Under the pieces are notes generated by a model that did no database searches, was not told the origin of the DNA, and saw only the letters and a list, made by a program, of their open reading frames with translations. A stretch of DNA of 53,411 nucleotides, from IMG/VR virus record IMGVR_UViG_3300050821_013390, positions 1 to 53,411 of that record; one strand, given 5' to 3'. Shown one piece after another: positions 44,313-50,940 of the stretch (within the stretch, counting starts at the first letter, position 1; each line of letters begins with the position of its first letter). The position numbers and the translations under genes were made by a program. The stretch is from a virus.

Positions 44313-44724
44313 TTCTAGGCCTCTCCCTTATCAAGTAATTAATAAGCTTGTTTTTATACTCAACGTCGAATACAAAGCCCTTAAATACCAATGTACCCAA
44401 GAAGCTATCTCGCATTGTTATTATCTGCCTCATCCAGAATCGCTCTTTTTTCCATTTGCCGCAGATATCCTTGAATCTGAATATCTTTTCTAAATCCCCT
44501 TCGCCATCAAAAAACATCTCTTCAACATATATAGGATTCGCTATCCAAATGGGAGATAGAAGCTCATTGAAGCCTTTAGATAGGTGAAAATATAAACCAG
44601 GTTCGAATACCTTGTTGGACCCCCCCCTCCTCTCCAGCCCATTTACTGGTATACGACATTTTAAAAGGATTGAGGTGGCATCTAGTGCCTGGTTCAAAAT
44701 CTTTATGTCCTGCATTAAATACAT
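44296..44724 (-). CDS. Early hypothetical protein
   Basis: Packed operon. Confidence 0.55.
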   Translation of the reverse strand: MYLMQDIKILNQALDATSILLKCRIPVNGLERRGGSNKVFEPGLYFHLSKGFNELLSPIWIANPIYVEEMFFDGEGDLEKIFRFKDICGKWKKERFWMRQIITMRDSFLGTLVFKGFVFDVEYKNKLINYLIRERPRSESSN

Positions 44725-44744
44725 CTATTACGGGCTCAATCACC

Positions 44745-45149
44745 CTAATCCTCCACACTTTGATGATGTTCAATATTATACTGCGCCCTTCGCAATAATT
44801 CATGCAGGTGCTTAAAAAATTTATGCATTGATACAGATAGCCAATCCGATGGCATGTCGGATTCAGGCTTGTAATCGCAAATTTCATCTATTGCAGCATG
44901 CATTCTTGACCTTAAACTTGCTGTTTCTTCATTCATCCTAATCCTCCCCCCATCATCCTCCTCCTCAAATACTTTACCCATCAAAGTAAAGCCATCATAA
45001 GCGAATTTATTCCTTTCGCTATCCTGGATTTCTTTAGCTTTCTCCGGCATAGCAACCCATCCAGCGGCAGTGAAGTGCTCTATAGCCCTATCTCCTCGCA
45101 CCCACCTGTAATCCATATAGCGCTTACTCATCTTCCGCTTATTCTCCAA
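44745..45149 (-). CDS. Early hypothetical protein (DY.WV...GW motif)
   Basis: MDYRWVRGDRAIEHFTAAGWVAMPE. Confidence 0.55.
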   Translation of the reverse strand: MENKRKMSKRYMDYRWVRGDRAIEHFTAAGWVAMPEKAKEIQDSERNKFAYDGFTLMGKVFEEEDDGGRIRMNEETASLRSRMHAAIDEICDYKPESDMPSDWLSVSMHKFFKHLHELLRRAQYNIEHHQSVED

Positions 45150-45264
45150 TTAAATAAAGTAGTACTGTGTCAGTAATTATTGGCATACTTTCCTTGCAAT
45201 AACAAGCCTTACATATCTTGGTACCAGCTTCGTGGTTACCCTCAAGAATACGCTCACTTGCCAT
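45139..45264 (-). CDS. Mini-ORF (41 aa, CxxCxC)
   Basis: Not in the ORF track. MASERILEGNHEAGTKICKACYCKE... Confidence 0.3.
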   Translation of the reverse strand: MASERILEGNHEAGTKICKACYCKESMPIITDTVLLYLIGE

Positions 45265-45265
45265 T

Positions 45266-45505
45266 TTACTCATCTTCACTGCAAACATAACTCCGCCATA
45301 CATATATCAAAGTAGTTGAAATGGCTGCTAACGTAATTCTAGGACATAATAAAAAGCTTACCATAATTACGCATAGCTTTAGCATACAATGCTTTCTAAG
45401 TAGTGCATGAACAAAGACTGCTATTAATATTAATGGAGTAATAATAATTATATCAAACCCCTCTTCATGCTCTGTTGATAATTCAATTCTCTTCAACACT
45501 TCCAC
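45266..45505 (-). CDS. Multi-TM small membrane protein (holin-like topology)
   Basis: Hydrophobic segments IIIITPLILIAVFVHALL, LCVIMVSFLLC and LAAISTTLIYVW. Confidence 0.5.
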   Translation of the reverse strand: MEVLKRIELSTEHEEGFDIIIITPLILIAVFVHALLRKHCMLKLCVIMVSFLLCPRITLAAISTTLIYVWRSYVCSEDE

Positions 45506-45506
45506 C

Positions 45507-45782
45507 CTATTCTTCCTCCATTAAATCCTCGAGCACCTGCCCAACCTTGTCTCTGTAACTTACGCGCCTTTCATCCCAGTGACGAATAAGGTCATTATAA
45601 TAATCAATAAACTCTTCAGCAGTTATATCCTTATATGCACCAAGGTGGTTAATGCTGCTATGGCAAATGTCTGCATATTCTGTAAGCCCTTGCATATTAA
45701 TCTCGGTTGCCCTTGCCTCTATGCTACGATATACTTCACCTATAGTCTTTAGACATCCTATTCTATGTTCCATTTCTATCAT
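45507..45782 (-). CDS. Early hypothetical protein
   Basis: Packed operon. Confidence 0.55.
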   Translation of the reverse strand: MIEMEHRIGCLKTIGEVYRSIEARATEINMQGLTEYADICHSSINHLGAYKDITAEEFIDYYNDLIRHWDERRVSYRDKVGQVLEDLMEEE

Positions 45783-45798
45783 GTTCGTCTCCTTGATT

Positions 45799-45936
45799 TT
45801 ACATTACCGCAATCTTAGCCTCTAGCTCTTCTATAACCGCCAGCATTGCCTTGTGTATACTAGCGCCAACATATGGCTTCAAGAATGACTTCTTGAGAAC
45901 CTCTATTTGACGAATAATATCAGCTTTGGTTTTCAT
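45799..45936 (-). CDS. Mini-ORF (45 aa)
   Basis: Not in the ORF track. Fills the 45783-45919 gap. Confidence 0.35.
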   Translation of the reverse strand: MKTKADIIRQIEVLKKSFLKPYVGASIHKAMLAVIEELEAKIAVM

Positions 45937-46246
45937 TTGCTCTCTCCATTAAAGCCACCGTTCCGCCCATCTTTACAACATTGCCCTTATCATCTTCAAC
46001 CCACTTCCACCCTTTTGAAATAAGGGCGTCTATTCTGGCGTCACGTTCAGTTGGAGTTTCCAGTATCGTTTTGTACACAGGAATTTCACAAGTGCACGTA
46101 GGGCAATCACAACTCTCGTAAGGGGATACCTCTTCTCCGTTCTCCCCTATATAAAAGACTTTAAATTCAACAACCCAACGATAATCAAACCCTTCTTTTT
46201 GCTCCCTGTATAACGGGGATTTTTCTATAGAAATCTTATCATTCAT
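45920..46246 (-). CDS. Early hypothetical protein (DYRWV...GWKWV motif, CxCxxCxC)
   Basis: FDYRWVVEF...SCDCPTCTCE...ISKGWKWVEDD. Confidence 0.55.
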   Translation of the reverse strand: MNDKISIEKSPLYREQKEGFDYRWVVEFKVFYIGENGEEVSPYESCDCPTCTCEIPVYKTILETPTERDARIDALISKGWKWVEDDKGNVVKMGGTVALMERANENQS

Positions 46247-46499
46247 TATCGCTCTCCAATTTCTTCACACCAACACCCCATAACTTGTTTAAAGCTTGTT
46301 CCAGGTTAGCCTCAAGCTCAGCTATGGTAATGGCTACATCTCTGCGAGAGTTTACCTCAACCCTTAGCTGCTTCAGCAGAACACCCAGAAGGTCTAACTG
46401 TTTCTCCCATTCTTTCGCCTCTTCATTGCTCATTGGCGAGTCTTTCAGGTTTCCCACGATACTCGCTAAGCCTCTTTGTAGTTCATCTAATTTACTCAT
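46239..46499 (-). CDS. Early hypothetical coiled-coil protein
   Basis: Packed operon. Confidence 0.55.
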   Translation of the reverse strand: MSKLDELQRGLASIVGNLKDSPMSNEEAKEWEKQLDLLGVLLKQLRVEVNSRRDVAITIAELEANLEQALNKLWGVGVKKLESDNE

Positions 46500-46732
46500 G
46501 ATTTTTCCCCTTCTTCTGATTTAACGGCCGCAACAATTAACACTAAGTTACGTCTTATCTCATCACATGCCCTCTCAACTGCTTCGCGAATGATAATCGT
46601 AGAGTTGTGAGTCACCATAGTTAAAGGCACCGCTAAAAGCCCACTCAAAACCACTAACTTATCTTTCCAGCTTAGCGCTTTATAACTAACCATTTCCTCT
46701 ATTTTATCTTCCACAAACCCCACATTACTCAT
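46496..46732 (-). CDS. First gene of a leftward early operon (one TM segment)
   Basis: GGAGA SD. Lies downstream of the promoter at 46765-46793. Confidence 0.55.
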   Translation of the reverse strand: MSNVGFVEDKIEEMVSYKALSWKDKLVVLSGLLAVPLTMVTHNSTIIIREAVERACDEIRRNLVLIVAAVKSEEGEKS

Positions 46733-46755
46733 GATTTGTCTCCTTCTTTATTACC

Positions 46756-46793
46756 AATACGTGTAGTATCACGTATTAATTTAAAGTTGTCAA
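46756..46793 (-). promoter_or_regulatory. Sigma70-type promoter overlapped by a perfect palindromic operator
   Basis: Minus strand: TTGACA (46788-46793)-N17-GATACT (46765-46770). The palindrome AATACGTG-tagtat-CACGTATT (46756-46777) covers the -10. Confidence 0.6.
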
Positions 46794-46819
46794 GCATTGG
46801 ATTTTTGGAAGGACGGCGG

Positions 46820-46848
46820 AAAAACGGGGAAGCCGGGCAACTTCCCCC
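46820..46848 (-). terminator. Rho-independent terminator (leftward)
   Basis: Minus strand: GGGGAAG-ttgcccgg-CTTCCCC followed by GTTTTT. Lies downstream of 46980..47435. Confidence 0.7.
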
Positions 46849-46979
46849 GCTTAATGCAAAAGCACTAGGAATTCTAGATAATTTGAATGTTGTTTATCGG
46901 GGAAGCTGGGAAGCTAATATATAAACCTAAGAGAATGGACTCAGAGTATCCCAGAGAAAAACGTAACGTTCCCTTTTCT

Positions 46980-47435
46980 TTATCCACTGGTAAGTCCCTT
47001 CTCTTTATCAAGTTTCTTAATGTACTTCTGTAATATCCCCTTCTCATACAATAAGCGCATAAATTCATCTGCCTTACCTTCAAGGAACAACCATCTAGCG
47101 TCTGTGCTTTCTAGTAGCTCCATCTCTTGTTTCTTTTCTACAAAGACACCCTGGGCTACCCTACCTAAGCCCCTGTCTAGAATCTCCTTCATCACAGGCC
47201 ACTTAGCCATGTCTATAAACATGCTATGGCCCTTTAAATCAGCTATGCAGGACTTTATAAGCTCAGGGGCATACTCGTTACAGAGAGCATGAGAATCCCT
47301 GACATTCTCTATGGTGCGCCCATTTAGAAAATCAACTGAGGCAGAGGCCCCCTCTTTTTTTGAGAAATCTACCTGATTAGTATTTTGCACACATGCTGGT
47401 AAACTATTGGTAACTTCCTTTTTCTTCTTAGCCAT
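46980..47435 (-). CDS. Hypothetical protein, monocistronic, divergent from the RHH gene
   Basis: 151 aa, Lys-rich N-terminus. Followed by the terminator at 46820-46848. Confidence 0.65.
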   Translation of the reverse strand: MAKKKKEVTNSLPACVQNTNQVDFSKKEGASASVDFLNGRTIENVRDSHALCNEYAPELIKSCIADLKGHSMFIDMAKWPVMKEILDRGLGRVAQGVFVEKKQEMELLESTDARWLFLEGKADEFMRLLYEKGILQKYIKKLDKEKGLTSG

Positions 47436-47455
47436 TAAACTTCCTTAACTTATGC

Positions 47456-47484
47456 TTGATGACACATACTTATTGAGTTATAAG
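47456..47484 (+). promoter_or_regulatory. Candidate rightward promoter of the RHH operon
   Basis: TTGATG (47456-47461)-N17-TATAAG (47479-47484). The predicted start falls at or next to the ATG at 47491, so the mRNA may be leaderless. Confidence 0.4.
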
Positions 47485-47490
47485 AGTACC

Positions 47491-47736
47491 ATGGGTATAT
47501 ACGTAAGCGATAGAAAGAGAGACAGGTCATTCACCATGAGGATGCCCAGGAAAATGTTTGAAAAGCTAGCTTATGTATCCAATCATGAGTTCCTAACCAT
47601 GAACAGCGTATTCTTAAAATGCGCAGAGAATGCTCTGGACCAATGGTATGCCTTGATAACCAAGAAAGAGAAGGAGCATCAGGATAAATTAAACAAGATA
47701 GCAACGGAGGAAAGAAATGAATACAACCTTAAGTGA
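47491..47736 (+). CDS. Ribbon-helix-helix (Arc/CopG-like) regulator
   Basis: SFTMRMPRKMFEKLAYVSNHEFLTMNSVFLKCAENAL fits a strand-helix-helix pattern. The alternative upstream start at 47452 (ORF track) lies before the predicted -35. Confidence 0.5.
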   Translation: MGIYVSDRKRDRSFTMRMPRKMFEKLAYVSNHEFLTMNSVFLKCAENALDQWYALITKKEKEHQDKLNKIATEERNEYNLK

Positions 47737-47878
47737 TATAATAGAGCTAATCCTAATTATTTTTATTGGCATACCAATGCTTCTGGTTATATGTATTATT
47801 TGTTTAATTATTTATATGTCACCTTACATAGTAGCCGGAACAGCATTATTGCTAATCTACACTAAACTTCTAAGATGA
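47717..47878 (+). CDS. Small membrane protein (53 aa)
   Basis: Not in the ORF track. GGAGG SD. LILIIFIGIPMLLVICIICLIIY TM segment. Confidence 0.45.
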   Translation: MNTTLSDIIELILIIFIGIPMLLVICIICLIIYMSPYIVAGTALLLIYTKLLR

Positions 47879-47906
47879 ACCCCATCCTCATCAACATATT
47901 CAAGGC
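47873..47906. repeat. 34-bp direct repeat, copy 1
   Basis: agatgaaccccatcctcatcaacatattcaaggc. Copy 2 at 48074 has 2 mismatches. Start-to-start spacing is 201 bp. Confidence 0.9.
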
Positions 47907-47950
47907 CAAAGAAGCTCAAATTAAACCACAAACCATAAAGGACAAATAAT

Positions 47951-48079
47951 ATGAAACTATTTATTACTTACATTCTCAAATCCATCACATTAGCATTAAT
48001 ATTTGTCATGGAGCGTATTTTAACCTTTCTTCTTAATCTTCACGCCCAACTAGAAAAATGGAATCAAGAAAATAGATGA
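47951..48079 (+). CDS. Small membrane protein (42 aa) between the 34-bp repeats
   Basis: Not in the ORF track. MKLFITYILKSITLALIFVM... Confidence 0.35.
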   Translation: MKLFITYILKSITLALIFVMERILTFLLNLHAQLEKWNQENR

Positions 48080-48107
48080 ACCCTATCCTCATCAACATAT
48101 TTAAGGC
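48074..48107. repeat. 34-bp direct repeat, copy 2
   Basis: agatgaaccctatcctcatcaacatatttaaggc. Confidence 0.9.
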
Positions 48108-48114
48108 TCTCGTG

Positions 48115-48579
48115 CTAATATCTAGCTGCATTGTAATGTTTATACTTACACTTCTCACTCATATCATGATAAACCAAATCTAGCATTCCATCTGAAATCA
48201 TCCTCTCTCCCTGAACCGAACCATGTAATATATTACATATCTCATCATTAGCTGCCTTCCATGTCGAATATGATGACCTTACAACTTCCGCGCCCTTCTT
48301 GGTTAACTCATAATGAACCGACCTTCTGTCTTTAGCTTCTGTTTGTTTGATATAACCGCGCATCTCCAACGGTATTAAATTGCGCGTAAGCGTAGACCTA
48401 TCCATGCCCAATGTCTCAGAAAGCTCAGTTAACGTTTCATACTTACCCGATAACCCAACCAATAGATTAAGTTGAGCCCCCCTAATCCCTAACTTATGTA
48501 GAGAAAAGTCAAAGATTTTAGTAACCATTCTGCTAATCTTTTTTAATTTCAAAAAGTAACATTTTTCATTTATATTCAC
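48115..48579 (-). CDS. MarR-family transcriptional regulator
   Basis: LGIRGAQLNLLVGLSGKYETLTELSETLGMDRSTLTRNLIPLEMRGYIKQTEAKDRRSVHYELTKKG is a canonical MarR winged HTH. Confidence 0.85.
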   Translation of the reverse strand: MNINEKCYFLKLKKISRMVTKIFDFSLHKLGIRGAQLNLLVGLSGKYETLTELSETLGMDRSTLTRNLIPLEMRGYIKQTEAKDRRSVHYELTKKGAEVVRSSYSTWKAANDEICNILHGSVQGERMISDGMLDLVYHDMSEKCKYKHYNAARY

Positions 48580-48813
48580 CTAAACACCACCTTTCGATTT
48601 ACAATATATTATATTATTATTTTCATCATTAGCGCTGACCTTATCCTCCAGCACCACGACGGTTTTACTTGGCTGTAGCTTGGTTATTTTCTCAACAAAC
48701 CATGCATATACACATACAAGGCCATAGCTTACCATAACCAAGATAAATGTAAAGAGCCCTATCCTAAAAAGGATGAGAAGAGCTAATATTTTTTCTGACA
48801 TAGATATTCCCAT
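48580..48813 (-). CDS. Small membrane protein upstream of marR-like gene
   Basis: Two hydrophobic segments. C-terminal KSKGGV. Confidence 0.55.
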   Translation of the reverse strand: MGISMSEKILALLILFRIGLFTFILVMVSYGLVCVYAWFVEKITKLQPSKTVVVLEDKVSANDENNNIIYCKSKGGV

Positions 48814-48892
48814 TAATGTTTTTACCTGTCAGTCTCCAACCATTTTGTTCTTATAGTATTAATAACCCTAAACATACATAATGCCATCATTA

Positions 48893-49225
48893 TTATAATT
48901 GTATCCTCTCGAGCAGCAGCGTCTCAAGTTGCCCAATTGTTGCTCCTTCTGGTTTAATCAATCCAGCTCCCTGCATTTTTCGACGAATATCCGTGATAGC
49001 CTTGTGCGCAGGGGTGTAGAGTTCTCTATTTCTAAATATTGCCAGGGCCCCTTCTTTCTGAAACCTATCTTCTGGCTCCATTGATTTCAATTCTTGCTCG
49101 CTATAGTCATATTTTCCCCCTCTATGAATATTTAAAATTTCTTCGGCCTGGATAAGAGGATCTAATATCTCCCTCTGCTTATGAAGCTCCTTTAGCATTT
49201 CCAGACATTCCTTCTCATTTAACAT
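48893..49225 (-). CDS. Early hypothetical protein
   Basis: Packed operon. Confidence 0.55.
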   Translation of the reverse strand: MLNEKECLEMLKELHKQREILDPLIQAEEILNIHRGGKYDYSEQELKSMEPEDRFQKEGALAIFRNRELYTPAHKAITDIRRKMQGAGLIKPEGATIGQLETLLLERIQL

Positions 49226-49245
49226 ATATAACCCCTTTATTTAAT

Positions 49246-49440
49246 CTATTCTTTAGCAGTGGCTTTAATTTGTTCTAATTGCTTTTCTATCAAATTTATT
49301 CGTGCCTTTAATTCTGTTATCCTTAACTGCTGCTCTGTTGGTTCACTGGGACCCGTTGCCGCGCCTGGCGGCGCAGGAATCATCCCCCATACAGCAATCA
49401 GCAACATCGCCCCAACAAACATCCATCCTATCCTATCCAT
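49246..49440 (-). CDS. Membrane-anchored coiled-coil protein (64 aa)
   Basis: The start at 49438-49440 (MDRIGWMFVGAMLLIAVWG) has a GGAGAA SD. The long track version (to 49578) overlaps the next gene. Confidence 0.5.
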   Translation of the reverse strand: MDRIGWMFVGAMLLIAVWGMIPAPPGAATGPSEPTEQQLRITELKARINLIEKQLEQIKATAKE

Positions 49441-49639
49441 CTTTATTCTCCTTCCCCCTTGGAATATAACATATTTCATTATATGACATAATGGGATATC
49501 CACTATCATGATTAACCAGCGGCCATCCTTCATGAATGTAATCACGGGTATAAGTTTCATCAACACAACGACATGCATCTTCCCAAACCTCAGAAGGATA
49601 CAGATGCAAACTATGCCCTAATGATGGTTTACGTAACAT
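49433..49639 (-). CDS. Early hypothetical protein
   Basis: 8-nt overlap with the downstream start. Confidence 0.5.
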   Translation of the reverse strand: MLRKPSLGHSLHLYPSEVWEDACRCVDETYTRDYIHEGWPLVNHDSGYPIMSYNEICYIPRGKENKDG

Positions 49640-49669
49640 CCTTATTTTCCTATATTAATATCTAGCCCA

Positions 49670-49915
49670 CTATCTATTTATAAATAATGGAATAAATACA
49701 GGATGAGAGCTAGATTTTAATTGAATAGAACATAACGTCTCACATAACTCTCTATCTGCATGTTTAGATTGACCGCACCTTTCAATACAAACCTCCATTT
49801 CCCGAGCATCGTTATCTTCAGCATATTTAACAATATATATAAACCCCCAAATCATCAACCCAATAAATATCAAAACAATTTTACCTATATTATCCGCAAT
49901 AATATCACTTAACAT
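49670..49915 (-). CDS. Small membrane protein with Cys-rich tail
   Basis: IGKIVLIFIGLMIWGFIYIV TM segment. CIERCGQ...CETLC. Confidence 0.55.
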   Translation of the reverse strand: MLSDIIADNIGKIVLIFIGLMIWGFIYIVKYAEDNDAREMEVCIERCGQSKHADRELCETLCSIQLKSSSHPVFIPLFINR

Positions 49916-50111
49916 ACCTTCCTTCCTGTCTTGCTTCGCCTCTCTGCCTCTTCACACAACCTCTTGCTGCAATTAAATCTTCCCTTATCATTTGCCGGAG
50001 AAGGTCTCCGCGCTTATCTTGCGCCCTCTGCCTTACAGAGTTCTTCATACATGCATAGGCCAAACAAACCGCATGTACCCCTTCAATAAACAATTTACTA
50101 ATAACCAACAT
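49905..50111 (-). CDS. First gene of a leftward early operon (basic protein)
   Basis: Downstream of the promoter at 50268-50296. Confidence 0.5.
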   Translation of the reverse strand: MLVISKLFIEGVHAVCLAYACMKNSVRQRAQDKRGDLLRQMIREDLIAARGCVKRQRGEARQEGRYVK

Positions 50112-50227
50112 AAATACCTCTACATAGTGAAAATATTAATTTAATTTGTTAAGAGTCCAAATAGCCAAGAACACAAAGACGCAAATAAAAAACCACATAA
50201 GCAACCCCCTTATTTATTGATAAAGAA

Positions 50228-50296
50228 ATCAGCTCATCGAGTGTGCCTCCCTAGAGCTGATATTTATACCCTAACATGCAAATACGTGTATGTCAA
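50228..50296 (-). promoter_or_regulatory. Leftward sigma70-type promoter plus inverted repeat at the transcript start
   Basis: Minus strand: TTGACA (50291-50296)-N17-TAGGGT (50268-50273), with CACGTAT in the spacer. IR ATCAGCTC-N18-GAGCTGAT (50228-50261). Confidence 0.5.
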
Positions 50297-50324
50297 CCTA
50301 TTGTTTAAATATTACCAAAACCCC

Positions 50325-50353
50325 TTGTTTTATAGAGTTAAATCATATATACT
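50325..50353 (+). promoter_or_regulatory. Rightward promoter of the candidate small RNA
   Basis: TTGTTT (50325-50330)-N17-TATACT (50348-50353). Back-to-back with the leftward promoter. Confidence 0.5.
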
Positions 50354-50359
50354 ATCTTT

Positions 50360-50559
50360 GTAGTCGATATATTGACTTGGTTTAGATAGAATGTATTCAC
50401 TGGAGGTTGTCTGTAATAAAAAGCAGATAATCTCCATGGAGTACGAATAATCCTTGTCCCCACCCCTCCTGCATGTAATAATAAATACTCAATCTCCACT
50501 CGATGTAACTCATGACATCGAGTCTTAGCTCAACAACTCATAACTGTTGGGCTCTTTTT
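50360..50559 (+). ncRNA. Candidate structured small RNA of about 200 nt (family unknown)
   Basis: Three hairpins: 50401-50436 (13 bp, two G-U pairs), 50498-50523 (9 bp perfect) and 50527-50553 followed by a T5 run. The G-U pairs would be C-A mismatches on the other strand. No plus-strand ORF. Confidence 0.45.
50527..50559 (+). terminator. Rho-independent terminator (rightward)
   Basis: AGCTCAACA-actcataac-TGTTGGGCT (one G-U pair) then CTTTTT. Confidence 0.6.
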
Positions 50560-50755
50560 ATGTTATCTGTATTTGTTAAACAACCCCTAAATACAAAATA
50601 AATCACCAACCCACCCAAAATACCCTCCGTGAATATCCCTGAGACTTCACTAAAAGCCTGTGGTGACATTTTCTTGCTCCATTAATATGATTCTCTATCT
50701 CTATCAATAATCTCGCCTCTATGGGCCTTAAAATGCGCCAAGCGTTTTATAATAG

Positions 50756-50935
50756 TTAGTCTTTTGACAAGTTATCTTTGTTTTTATCAGTAAGCCTCTC
50801 AAGTAACATTGCTGTAGCTGTGTCAATCCAAAACGCTTTGTCACGTGCCATAGCTCGACGCGCATTATGAAACATTTCCTGTGTAGGTGATGCATTGGCT
50901 GCCGGGCGTTGCGTTTCAATTTCTTGTTTAGACAT
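50756..50935 (-). CDS. Small protein downstream of the initiator gene (59 aa)
   Basis: ATG at 50933-50935, 5 nt after the initiator stop. The track's longer version overlaps the initiator gene. Confidence 0.5.
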   Translation of the reverse strand: MSKQEIETQRPAANASPTQEMFHNARRAMARDKAFWIDTATAMLLERLTDKNKDNLSKD

Positions 50936-50940
50936 GCTGT

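Noticed and set aside
50136-50198. A 20-aa hydrophobic mini-ORF (MWFFICVFVFLAIWTLNKLN) in the early-operon leader.
   Set aside because: It has a plausible GGGGG SD, but it is too short and compositionally trivial in an AT-rich leader to support without expression data.
50360-50559. The structured intergenic region considered as a tRNA/tmRNA, or as a CsrA-titrating (RsmY/Z, CsrB-like) sponge for the phage CsrA.
   Set aside because: There is no cloverleaf geometry or acceptor/anticodon arrangement. Only two GGA motifs occur on the plus strand, and none is displayed in a hairpin loop, unlike known CsrA sponges. I keep it only as a generic sRNA candidate.
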